64,000 nt of DNA from an uncultured virus (IMG/VR IMGVR_UViG_3300020180_000011) (lineage: Duplodnaviria > Heunggongvirae > Uroviricota > Caudoviricetes), in the IMG/VR virus record IMGVR_UViG_3300020180_000011, one strand, 5' to 3'. This document shows, piece by piece, positions 29,053-38,346 of the stretch; positions within the stretch are counted from its first letter, which is position 1, and every line of letters begins with the position of its first letter. A model generated the notes under the pieces. The model saw nothing but the letters and a program-made list of their open reading frames with translations, was not told the origin of the DNA and did no database searches. The position numbers and the translations under genes are program-made.

Positions 29053-31050
29053 ATGTTTGAAGACTTATTCAACGAAAGACCATTTGTAGAACGTAATGGT
29101 CAAGGTCAGATATTTCTTATTGATGGAGGCACTGGTGCTAGAACTCTAGTCAATCCTCAAGTACTAAGAGAGGAAAATACTTCTAGTTCTACAAATCCTC
29201 AGACCTCTGAAGGTAAGCAGCTATTTAAGCTAGTAACTGTACGAAAACTCGGTAGAAAAACATTACTAGAAGTACAGAATTTATTCAATCAAAGCAGAGC
29301 AAATATTGAACGAGCTGCATTACTAGCAGGTGTAGCTATACCTTATCCGCAATCTCCTCCTCAGTCTATAGATGAGGTAGCGCAATTCTATGCTGTCTAT
29401 GTTGATGAGGATTTAGATAGTAACAGTGCTCCTGTGTATGTCTACAGCTCTACTAGCGGCAGAGTTAAGGTATTTATCAATGCTCTAGGAGTTGCTGCTA
29501 AGGACTACACAGTAGACATTGCTCACTATGAGGACAATCAAGTATCTCCTGATGGTAGTTTGTACTCTAGGTGGAGATTATTGCATTACAATGCCAGAGA
29601 TAACGTTGCGTATGCACTAGTTAGTGATGACCTGCCTAAGTGCTTCAGAGAGAATTATGGTATTGAGAGCATTCAATACTTAGGAGGAGGTTCTTGGACA
29701 GGTATAGCTGTAACTGAAGAAGACAAAATACAGATACTAGGATACGTTCCCAAGAATGCTCCACAGGGCACCTACAAGCTCACTCACAGGCGCTCCACTA
29801 GAGGAGTAGTGTACCACTCTACAACACCTAGCTATTGCTTCTCATGGAACAGAGGGCAACTACAGATAAACTATAGAACTAGGTCTGCTAAACAAACATA
29901 TGATACTGGTTTTCTACTGCAGAATTCTGTATTTAGAATGTTAAAAGAAAGTAATTATGAGCTAGAGATTCCTTACAGGGTAGGTGTACCTGCAGCATCT
30001 GTTACTCCTTTGTCTTTTACAGAATTTAGCAACAGTCAGTCTAGTTATGTAGGCAGTACAAATGCTTTAGTTAACTCTCCTTTCCAGTCTCCTGACTTTG
30101 GTACAGATAGACTTAGGTACGCATTAGAGTCCTATACTCAGAACTCAAATGTAACTAGAGTAGTAACAAATGATTGGTCTATACAAGGTGCCCTACAGAG
30201 CGTTCAACAAAGTAACACTTTTCCTTTGGTGCAATCTAGTTCCGCATTTGCTCAAGTGTTGTTTAAGGTCAAGGTAGCAACCGCTAAAGGAGATATAAAT
30301 CATCCTTTTCAAATAAAAGCTACTGCAGGAAGCAGAGGCATTAGTCACTTTTATTACTATAAGCTATGGTGGGCTTACGGTAGAGTTATTGATGTGTATG
30401 CTTTTGGTGATGATAACATCTATAGAAGAAATAGGATATCTGGTGATTTGTTTCCTATTGGTAAGTTTGGTGTACCTAGTATAAGCACAGTACACAGAAA
30501 TGCCATCGAAACACCGTGGGATGCAGAAGAGCCTGCAGCACTGTTTACTCCTAGTGAGGGCTTGCTGAACTTCATGCTTATCTACAATAGTCCTCCTCTA
30601 GCAGGGCATCAAGGAGGCTATTATTACCACTTAAACCCACTAGGAGGAGATGTTTACAGCTTGGCTATAGCTAACGGTATCGACCCTATCACTAGCAGTA
30701 TAGGCACGTTTGGACTATCTGGCTCATTTGTAGATGGAGGAGATGCTAGTACTCGACTAAGAAATGCTCAGTCTGCTTATGCTCAGATTATTGGGGATAT
30801 ATCAGGAGCTAATGTGGTGCCTTCTCTTTATATCGGAAACATATCTATTGCTAGAAATGACACCAATTCTTTAATAATGAGTAGTCCTACAGCAGAGCAA
30901 AAGTCTTTTATAGAACAATATATCTCTATATTCCCTAATGGCTTTGAGACTAATGGAGTTAGCAACTCATTTGATAACTCCAATAGAGGAGTGAAACTAA
31001 TATTTGGAGGGCCTACTGGTACAGAGGTAGTTGAATCATTTCCCCATTAG
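29053..31050 (+). CDS. Hypothetical virion-associated protein
   Basis: 665-aa ORF continuing the tail operon. Confidence 0.55.
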   Translation: MFEDLFNERPFVERNGQGQIFLIDGGTGARTLVNPQVLREENTSSSTNPQTSEGKQLFKLVTVRKLGRKTLLEVQNLFNQSRANIERAALLAGVAIPYPQSPPQSIDEVAQFYAVYVDEDLDSNSAPVYVYSSTSGRVKVFINALGVAAKDYTVDIAHYEDNQVSPDGSLYSRWRLLHYNARDNVAYALVSDDLPKCFRENYGIESIQYLGGGSWTGIAVTEEDKIQILGYVPKNAPQGTYKLTHRRSTRGVVYHSTTPSYCFSWNRGQLQINYRTRSAKQTYDTGFLLQNSVFRMLKESNYELEIPYRVGVPAASVTPLSFTEFSNSQSSYVGSTNALVNSPFQSPDFGTDRLRYALESYTQNSNVTRVVTNDWSIQGALQSVQQSNTFPLVQSSSAFAQVLFKVKVATAKGDINHPFQIKATAGSRGISHFYYYKLWWAYGRVIDVYAFGDDNIYRRNRISGDLFPIGKFGVPSISTVHRNAIETPWDAEEPAALFTPSEGLLNFMLIYNSPPLAGHQGGYYYHLNPLGGDVYSLAIANGIDPITSSIGTFGLSGSFVDGGDASTRLRNAQSAYAQIIGDISGANVVPSLYIGNISIARNDTNSLIMSSPTAEQKSFIEQYISIFPNGFETNGVSNSFDNSNRGVKLIFGGPTGTEVVESFPH

Positions 31051-31281
31051 CAGTTTGATGGCTTCTGAGCAAGTATCACACAGATACATTTGCTTTCCTG
31101 TGACAGATTCAAATAGCTGCCGTTTAACCTCATTTAATTTAGTATCTACAACCTGCTTAAAGATTACCGTATCTTCATATACCTCATATGGAGTACTAAT
31201 TTGTAGCAGGTAATTACTGTCTGTGGACATTTGTATATGCTTACTGCATTTGGGGTTATGGCAAAAGATAAAGTCATTCAT
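31036..31281 (-). CDS. Small Cys-rich putative Zn-binding protein
   Basis: CHNPKCSKH...YLCDTC; start placed at the ATGAATGA overlap with the upstream gene. Confidence 0.6.
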   Translation of the reverse strand: MNDFIFCHNPKCSKHIQMSTDSNYLLQISTPYEVYEDTVIFKQVVDTKLNEVKRQLFESVTGKQMYLCDTCSEAIKLLMGK

Positions 31282-32050
31282 ACCAGGCACTTAAGTTCCA
31301 ACTAACGAGGTCTTCATCATTCTCTTTGGGAGTAAATCGTCTAGATGCATCTGCAAAGCTGTCAAAATATGCAGTCTGGCCATCTGCAGTATACACATAA
31401 AAGTCAGCATGGAATATGTTTGTACTGGCATCTAGATTCAACCAGTCAGGGTCAGATACAGAAGGATATTTGTTATTGGGATTGATACATCGGTATATCT
31501 TGTCCTGATAATCAAGTATAATCCCTTTGGGGAAGGGTGTCGAGGATGCAATAGTAGATACATCTCCTTCCTTTTTTTCTATCTTGACTGCATGACAACC
31601 TTTTATAATCTCGGCACTACTTAATATGCGAAGTATAAAGCCTGCGTGGTTAGCCGCAGTATCTCCATATGTTTGAATAGATGACCAACCAGGATTAAGC
31701 TTGGGTTGAAGCCAGATAGAAAAAGATACTTCCCTGGTCTCAAGATTGGTGTTGACAATAGGATGACTATATCCAACTGACCCTATAGTCCTAGATGCAT
31801 AATTGTCTTTTAACAAGAACAGCTCTAAATCTCCACTGACCTCTACCTCATCTCCTAGGCTATTGATAAGTACACTGGAAGGCTTGTCTGACTCTGTTAC
31901 AGCGTATAGAGGCCAGTAAACGTCATATGTACCGTTGAGTACGTCATAGAGCTGGTAATCGTCATCTGCGTAGATGCTGCTAGCAAATTTTGTAGTATGA
32001 TAACGGGGAGACGCATAAGTGTAGCCTGAAACGATGTTAAGCTTAGTCAT
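31274..32050 (-). CDS. Hypothetical protein
   Basis: 258-aa ORF divergent from portal; short YQDKIYRC...PDW segment resembles a small carbohydrate-binding module. Confidence 0.6.
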   Translation of the reverse strand: MTKLNIVSGYTYASPRYHTTKFASSIYADDDYQLYDVLNGTYDVYWPLYAVTESDKPSSVLINSLGDEVEVSGDLELFLLKDNYASRTIGSVGYSHPIVNTNLETREVSFSIWLQPKLNPGWSSIQTYGDTAANHAGFILRILSSAEIIKGCHAVKIEKKEGDVSTIASSTPFPKGIILDYQDKIYRCINPNNKYPSVSDPDWLNLDASTNIFHADFYVYTADGQTAYFDSFADASRRFTPKENDEDLVSWNLSAWYE

Positions 32051-32084
32051 TAACTATAATTAAAGTATATCTAGATATTAAAAC

Positions 32085-33569
32085 ATGCCAGAATTAATCT
32101 TGCCAAATAGCAGTGCAACTAGTAAGTCTTTACTGTTTGAAGATGTCCCGAATGTTTCAAACATTTATGCAGAAGGACAATACTCAGCAGAGTTAGCGGT
32201 ACTATCCACTACTACTGTATCAGATATTGCTTATCCTTCAGATGCTGAGCGACCTCCCATCAAAGCTCTCACTGATATGGTCGAAAGAGACCCTATGGTT
32301 GCTAAGTGCGTGTCTTTGTGTGCGCTAAGAGCAGTGCAAAACTTTGGTAACTATACCCACCCTAAAAAAGAGATTGAAAGCTTCATCAATAGCAACCTAA
32401 ATACCTTACAGAAGAGTCTTAAACGAACATTGTTTAAGATGGCATCTTGTGTAAAACTGTATGGTTTTGCTATTGCAGAATTTACTACTACCTCTAAACA
32501 GAAAGGCTTTCTAGGTCAATGGCGTTTACTTAACATCAATATTCTTCATCCTGAGCGCATTGTAAAGTTCTCAGGTAAGTTAGGACATATTGAATTTATT
32601 GAATATGACAATGGTAATGGTAAAACTGTAAAGATTCCATACAAGAAATGTATTCACATTATCAACAACAGTGGTACATCTTTTGATGCTGTTGAGATTT
32701 GGGGAGTAGGTGATGGTATTTCAGCATTAAACTACTACAACCTAAAGAAGGTAGTTTTAACTCAGATGGCGTTAGCAGCTAAGAACAACTCTACAGGAAT
32801 TGTTCATGCTAAAGTACCTAACGCAGGTAGAACTATCTTAGTTGATAGTAAGATGAAGCCTATCAAAGATAGCTCAGGTAAACCAGTTGAAGTAACTAAG
32901 CAGATTGCCCTTAACTACCAACTACAAGACCTGTACAAGAAAGACTACATCGTGACTGATGTGGATGTAATGCTTGAGCAGTTAAAGATTACTAATGACC
33001 CTCAGTTCTGGGAATATATTCTTAGCTACATTGATAAGAGTATTCAGATGAGTTTCGGTGTTCCTACAGGCATCTTTGATTCAGGTCAAGGTAATTTTTC
33101 TAACATTGGTCTATCTCAGAACTATAAGAGTGTATTTGATAGCAATATTTATGCGCTAGTAAACTCCATCAAAGAAGAGTTCATCAACAAGATTGTAAAA
33201 CGATTACTTTACTTTAACTTCCCGTCTGAGTGGTTTAGAAACAATCTTGGTGAGTTTGTATTTGATGCAGATGATGATGAGTCTACTAAGTCTCAGAGAT
33301 TAACTACTATTACTTCGTTAGTAGCATCAGGTATTCTAGATGCTAATGATATTGAGATTGCTCACCTGATTCGTAAGAATCTAGGATTGCCTGCTTTAGA
33401 CGAAGAAGAGAAAGCAGAGAAAGAAGCTGAGTCTATCCAAGCCAAAGTACAGAAAGAGGTAGAAAAACAGCTAGCCTTACTACAGACTCAAATGCAGCTA
33501 CAGCAATTACAAAATCCTCCACCACCTGAAGACCCCGAAGCTTCTGCTTATCCTCCTGAGGGCGCTTAG
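32085..33569 (+). CDS. Portal protein (Mu gp29/DUF935-like)
   Basis: 494 aa; MVERDPMV, YGFAIAE, YIDKSIQMSFGVP, LLYFNF, IRKNLGLP; TATAAT at 32055. Confidence 0.75.
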   Translation: MPELILPNSSATSKSLLFEDVPNVSNIYAEGQYSAELAVLSTTTVSDIAYPSDAERPPIKALTDMVERDPMVAKCVSLCALRAVQNFGNYTHPKKEIESFINSNLNTLQKSLKRTLFKMASCVKLYGFAIAEFTTTSKQKGFLGQWRLLNINILHPERIVKFSGKLGHIEFIEYDNGNGKTVKIPYKKCIHIINNSGTSFDAVEIWGVGDGISALNYYNLKKVVLTQMALAAKNNSTGIVHAKVPNAGRTILVDSKMKPIKDSSGKPVEVTKQIALNYQLQDLYKKDYIVTDVDVMLEQLKITNDPQFWEYILSYIDKSIQMSFGVPTGIFDSGQGNFSNIGLSQNYKSVFDSNIYALVNSIKEEFINKIVKRLLYFNFPSEWFRNNLGEFVFDADDDESTKSQRLTTITSLVASGILDANDIEIAHLIRKNLGLPALDEEEKAEKEAESIQAKVQKEVEKQLALLQTQMQLQQLQNPPPPEDPEASAYPPEGA

Positions 33570-33571
33570 AG

Positions 33572-34222
33572 ATGCCTAAGACTAGATTCTTACCTCCAAT
33601 GAGTCCTCAGGCTAAAAGAATTCTGATTGAGCTTAATAAGTCTAAAAAAGCTTTTGCTAAGAATTTACCTGCTTTAGGGAATGCTGAAAATTTACCTATT
33701 GCACACGATTACAGTCATGTATTACCTAGGATAGTTAATAAGTACACTACAGGTAAGAGAATGCAAGACTTGTCTGCTTCTACCTATTCTGAAAATAGTG
33801 TAGTTAGATTATTAGAAGACCAAGTATATAGTAGAGACAGCTTTACACGCAGACTAGGTAACTCCTCTTCCAAACCCCAAAAATATACTTATTCACCTAA
33901 AGGGCAAACAAGTATAGGTATGAACTCTAAGAATAAGCCTTTTGGTACTAAGAGACTAGAAGCTAATGCTCAGTACCAACGAACTATGTTGGATAACATT
34001 AACAGCCATAAAGACTTAAATACAGCTGTTAATGCTACTCAAGATATTATTCTTACAGCTAAAAGACGACAGTACCCAGATAGTCCTAAAGACTTAGGTT
34101 CTATTATGGATGAAGTAAGCATGTCTAGTAGCCGTAAGTATGTTAACTTTGGATGCGTTACGCTTGGGGCGTTACACAACCTAGTTTATGTGGAGAGCAG
34201 GACAAAGGGTACTCTGAAGTAG
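33572..34222 (+). CDS. Basic protein, AxF family
   Basis: Lys/Arg-rich; VSMSSSRKYVNFG near the C-terminus; follows portal. Confidence 0.7.
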   Translation: MPKTRFLPPMSPQAKRILIELNKSKKAFAKNLPALGNAENLPIAHDYSHVLPRIVNKYTTGKRMQDLSASTYSENSVVRLLEDQVYSRDSFTRRLGNSSSKPQKYTYSPKGQTSIGMNSKNKPFGTKRLEANAQYQRTMLDNINSHKDLNTAVNATQDIILTAKRRQYPDSPKDLGSIMDEVSMSSSRKYVNFGCVTLGALHNLVYVESRTKGTLK

Positions 34223-34369
34223 GCTCAGGCTGAGAAGCAAATGCAATAGATGTAACTAGAGTAAGACCTACTAATGCTACGTAACCAATATACCGATAAC
34301 AGACAGCGCGAAAAGTTGAATTAAACAAGTTGTTCCTTCAATTGAACTATTAGATAAATCATACCATCA

Positions 34370-34744
34370 ATGTTAGACAAAATCAAGAAAATAGTTGTAG
34401 ACAAAGCAACAAATATCGCCGAAGCTGCAAAAACAGGTAGATTTTACAGGCGATGGGCTATCACCAAAGGTGGTGATAAGCTAGGTAAAAATAATGAGAA
34501 CATTAACCGAGCCCTGCTAGACCTACAGGATTTAGCTAAAAATGGGGAAAAGAAGTCTACTAGGAGACAGTTTTTATCAGACGCTTTAAGTAGGGCAGTA
34601 GAAAGAAACAAGCCGCCTCTCTTAAACAATATTAGCCATACTCCTATGGAGCAACTAACTGACGTACTAGATATAAAACCTAAGCTACCTAAGAAGCCCG
34701 TAGATACAGACTTTGCCTATATGTCTAAAATTTCAAGATTCTAA
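34370..34744 (+). CDS. Basic protein, AxF-like C-terminus
   Basis: Lys/Arg-rich; ends TDFAYMSKISRF. Confidence 0.65.
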   Translation: MLDKIKKIVVDKATNIAEAAKTGRFYRRWAITKGGDKLGKNNENINRALLDLQDLAKNGEKKSTRRQFLSDALSRAVERNKPPLLNNISHTPMEQLTDVLDIKPKLPKKPVDTDFAYMSKISRF

Positions 34745-35007
34745 AGTTCTCGGTCTGGTACGACAAAAGGACTAGTACCGTCAGGTAACATCCATCCTCT
34801 GGAGTTATCTGGCTCAGTTAGAGAGTTAGCACATTGCTTGCCTAACGCTAGTTGAGTAGTTTTTCTATCGGGTGTTAAGTATTGGCATACTCTAGCTGCT
34901 ACTTCTCCTGCAGTCGTTTGAGTATGCTTGTGTGACCAGTAAAATATCTTTTCTCCTGTATTTTTTAGCTCGTAACGTACTTTACAGATTTGGCATTCGT
35001 ATAACAT
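34741..35007 (-). CDS. Cys-containing protein resembling a conserved cyanobacterial hypothetical family
   Basis: CQIC...ARVCQY...CAN pattern, recalled from small cyanobacterial proteins. Confidence 0.55.
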   Translation of the reverse strand: MLYECQICKVRYELKNTGEKIFYWSHKHTQTTAGEVAARVCQYLTPDRKTTQLALGKQCANSLTEPDNSRGWMLPDGTSPFVVPDREL

Positions 35008-35009
35008 GT

Positions 35010-37523
35010 TTACGTCCTTGTTTTAAATCCTAGAGAACCGTACAATCGTAGCTCGTCCATAGTTAACCAGTGGTTACCTCCTTGGTTAACCGCTGTCTGC
35101 AGTATTCTAAAGTACCTGTGGTACGTAGAGGCGGCTACATCCCAGCTGGTGAATGCTGGGCCATTAACAGCAGTTTCGTTGGTTCGAGTATCCAAGGCTA
35201 CCCAGTTAGTGCTGTCATTACTTCCCTGCAATATCCAGCTTCTCATATTGTACTGATTAAACTCCACTTCTCCCTTGATAGAATATCTGTTAACTTCTAG
35301 CTGATATCTATCCCCTAAGTCAAATACAATCCAACTATTAGGAACATCGTTAGTAAAGAATTGGAATCCGCTAGAGTTTCTGGCTATTAGTTGAGTTAGT
35401 GGTCTGATTACATTGTTGATACTACTAGCACTTAAAGTAACCCCATACTCAGGACTAGGGTTTTTAAATACTGTAGTAGTGAGATTACCCGTGCCTACAT
35501 GATAGAAAACATCATTATTGTCTCCGTTAGACACGAAAGTTTTATTTGTGTACGTGTAGCTAGTGCCTAACGCCTCTAAATCTGCCTTGCAGGTGTTAAT
35601 TATATTTCTCAAAGTAGTATACTCTGCGGATGTAAAACTACTTCCAATAAATACCGTGTCTATAGAACCCCCATAAAATAGTGAAGTAGAAGCACCTAAA
35701 TTCAATGCGCCGACATATATACTTCTAGTAGCGGTATTTACTGCCACACTTGATAAATCGGTCCTTACGGCACTAGCATTGCCTGAGTACACTTGAACGT
35801 CTGTAGATGTGCTTCTGTTTGATATAGCGTAACCAGTGGAAGGAGCTACTGCGACATTTCCTGCCCCACCATTTATATTAGACTCGTAATTAGTTCTGTC
35901 CACAATATAAGAAATACTGTCATTAGCAAAATCTATTCCTATTGTTCCCATAATACAAGTCTCATTAGACGTTGTATCTTGCTTTGTGACATTCGCTCCC
36001 ATAGATGAACTATTTCTTTGATAGGATGTACCAGAGCCGTTAGGTATAAATCCAGTATCAATAAATCCGCCACCATTAAAATGAACTTGGCTAGTAGGCC
36101 AATGCGGAGTAGAGTTTACAGAAGGGCTAACTACTCTAGTAATTAAGCATCTTCTCATGTCACTGAAGTTCTTACCTATAAAGTATAGGTACAGTCTGTC
36201 TAGCTTGCTGTACAAACCCGCAGTGTTTAGCGCATTGTACATGGCACTTACAACAAGTTGCTCAGACGAAGAATAGGTGCCACTCAATGCGTTCAAGAAT
36301 AGAGTTGCATCGGAGTTAAGGCTACTCTCTACTAGTACGTTGGAACTTATTGTAGTCTGACCTAGGGTGTAGTTAGCAGTCACAGCTATAGGGCTTTGTA
36401 CAGTCAAGTTAGCACTAACAGTAGTAGCAGACAAAGTAATATCTACTGTAACGGCTACAGGGCTTAGTATGAGTACACTTGCAGCAGTAGTTATCGAACC
36501 TAGCTCTATGTTGCTAACTATTCCTGTGGATACTGTAGCAACGGAGCTATAAGTGATTACTGATGTGCTTACGTCAGATGTAAAGGTTACAGGAGTTTGT
36601 ACACTTGCTGCAGAGCTAGCAGTAATGCTAGCAGTAACTATATCAGCACTAAATACGTTGCCTACTATAGCAGTACTTGTAGATGTAATACTTCCTGTAA
36701 TAATATTTACTGCAGGAAGAATAGGTATAGAAACTACAGACTGCAAAGTAAATACTCCTGTAGAAATATTTACAGGTGCAATAATATTTACAACGGCAGG
36801 AGCAAAAGCACTGCCTAACTTAGCAGACGGTAGAAAAACACTAGAGGATACACCTACTCTGTACTTACTTTTTTCTAACGTTGTTTGAAAGTCAAAATCT
36901 TGTAACTCTATTAGAGCAGGAGTATAGTTAGCTGGTTGAGTAAGTGCTTCTTGCAACCAAAAAGACTTAAGAATTAGGCTGCTATTGGAGATGTTTACTG
37001 CATTAACAGACTTGTTGAAGCTGAACTCTAGATTAAATAGTTTGGGTAGTACAAAGTTAGTTGCAGCAATGTTTATACCGTTTAGATAAATAACTGAGCT
37101 ACTTTCTGTAGCATACAAAGCCACGAAGTTATCTACAGCTGCAGTATAGTTACCTATTGTTAGGCTTAAGATGTTAACGCCACTTAGATAGGTGAGTTTT
37201 AAGTTTGATGCAGCGGAATCATACCAAATATAGTAGCAAAGAGCTTTATTAGTATCCCAGTTAGCGGCTATGACTGTATTGGTCAACGCAGCTAGCCTAA
37301 AACCTACTTCTAGGTGATAGTTATTGGGGATTGATACATTCGGGTCAACTAATAACGATAGACCTGTAGAGGGTATCTGCCACCCGTTGTTGGCTAATGT
37401 ATAGTTAGTTGTGTTTGCCTTAGTGATAATGCTATTACTAGCAAACTCTATCTGCCTTAAAGCAAGTTTGTAAGGATTGTCTAAATATGCAAAATACTCA
37501 TTCTTACTGCGAGTTTTGTACAT
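35010..37523 (-). CDS. Virion fibre-like protein with LamG-like and C-terminal F5/8 type C (discoidin) domains
   Basis: SWIVFDLG...RSWILQGSNDSTNWVALD...RYFRILQT; central Thr/Ser/Val repeats; LYSKLDRLY lectin-like block. Confidence 0.65.
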   Translation of the reverse strand: MYKTRSKNEYFAYLDNPYKLALRQIEFASNSIITKANTTNYTLANNGWQIPSTGLSLLVDPNVSIPNNYHLEVGFRLAALTNTVIAANWDTNKALCYYIWYDSAASNLKLTYLSGVNILSLTIGNYTAAVDNFVALYATESSSVIYLNGINIAATNFVLPKLFNLEFSFNKSVNAVNISNSSLILKSFWLQEALTQPANYTPALIELQDFDFQTTLEKSKYRVGVSSSVFLPSAKLGSAFAPAVVNIIAPVNISTGVFTLQSVVSIPILPAVNIITGSITSTSTAIVGNVFSADIVTASITASSAASVQTPVTFTSDVSTSVITYSSVATVSTGIVSNIELGSITTAASVLILSPVAVTVDITLSATTVSANLTVQSPIAVTANYTLGQTTISSNVLVESSLNSDATLFLNALSGTYSSSEQLVVSAMYNALNTAGLYSKLDRLYLYFIGKNFSDMRRCLITRVVSPSVNSTPHWPTSQVHFNGGGFIDTGFIPNGSGTSYQRNSSSMGANVTKQDTTSNETCIMGTIGIDFANDSISYIVDRTNYESNINGGAGNVAVAPSTGYAISNRSTSTDVQVYSGNASAVRTDLSSVAVNTATRSIYVGALNLGASTSLFYGGSIDTVFIGSSFTSAEYTTLRNIINTCKADLEALGTSYTYTNKTFVSNGDNNDVFYHVGTGNLTTTVFKNPSPEYGVTLSASSINNVIRPLTQLIARNSSGFQFFTNDVPNSWIVFDLGDRYQLEVNRYSIKGEVEFNQYNMRSWILQGSNDSTNWVALDTRTNETAVNGPAFTSWDVAASTYHRYFRILQTAVNQGGNHWLTMDELRLYGSLGFKTRT

Positions 37524-37525
37524 GC

Positions 37526-37882
37526 CTAGATATATACAATTCTGTTTACTTGTCCTATAATAGCAACTCTGTTAGCCGCACTTGCAAATGCACTAATAAC
37601 TACACTTCCTGTAAATCTCTGTCCCTTTAGCAAAGGTATCATACCTCTTTGTGCAGGAACGGGTACTACCAGCAATTGATGAGCTGCTGAGCCTCCTATC
37701 ATCAATGTCATGAATGTGTCAGTAGTAGTATAGTTATACGCATCTAGCCACAGTTCATCTGTGTTTGTAGCGTGTGCAGTGTGTATAACATTAGCAGAGC
37801 CTGTAGCTACTCCAGTAATATTTACGGATAGGTAATTAGTGCTCCCACTTAGAATAACTGTTTGGTATGTAGGTTTAGACAT
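37526..37882 (-). CDS. Small virion structural protein
   Basis: ILSGSTN...IHTA...DELWL.AYN...AFAS.AN.V.I.G.VNRI, a pattern recalled from phage structural proteins. Confidence 0.6.
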   Translation of the reverse strand: MSKPTYQTVILSGSTNYLSVNITGVATGSANVIHTAHATNTDELWLDAYNYTTTDTFMTLMIGGSAAHQLLVVPVPAQRGMIPLLKGQRFTGSVVISAFASAANRVAIIGQVNRIVYI

Positions 37883-37902
37883 GTATAGATTATACTAGAT
37901 TA

Positions 37903-38346
37903 ATGAAGACACTCGGAATTGATACAGGCAGCGCTAATATCGGTTATGCACTTTATGATAGTGAGCTGAACTGTGTCACTCACTACAGTCATTATAGTCT
38001 GAATAAATCATTGCCCTCTTTGTTTAAAAATTTCTTGGCTATGCTCATAGAGTTACAGCCTGATAAATGTTTCATCGAAAAGCCATACTTCATGCATATG
38101 ACTAGTGCAACTACGCTAGTTTGGCAAGTAATTGGAGTACAGCATCTGTGTATGGATATTCAAAACATAGACCATGATGTACTATCCCCTAAGACTGTTA
38201 AAAAACAATTTACAGGTAGTGGTAACGCTAGTAAACAGGATGTCATAGATACTGTAAAGTTTAAGTTTAATATTGAATTAACTAACAACCATATAGCTGA
38301 TGCTATTGCAGTAGCTTACGTAGGAACATATCACAATCATGCTTAA
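37903..38346 (+). CDS. ruvC: Holliday junction resolvase RuvC-like
   Basis: LGIDTG, FIEKP, PKTVKKQFTGSGNASKQDV, HIADAIAVA. Confidence 0.9.
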   Translation: MKTLGIDTGSANIGYALYDSELNCVTHYSHYSLNKSLPSLFKNFLAMLIELQPDKCFIEKPYFMHMTSATTLVWQVIGVQHLCMDIQNIDHDVLSPKTVKKQFTGSGNASKQDVIDTVKFKFNIELTNNHIADAIAVAYVGTYHNHA

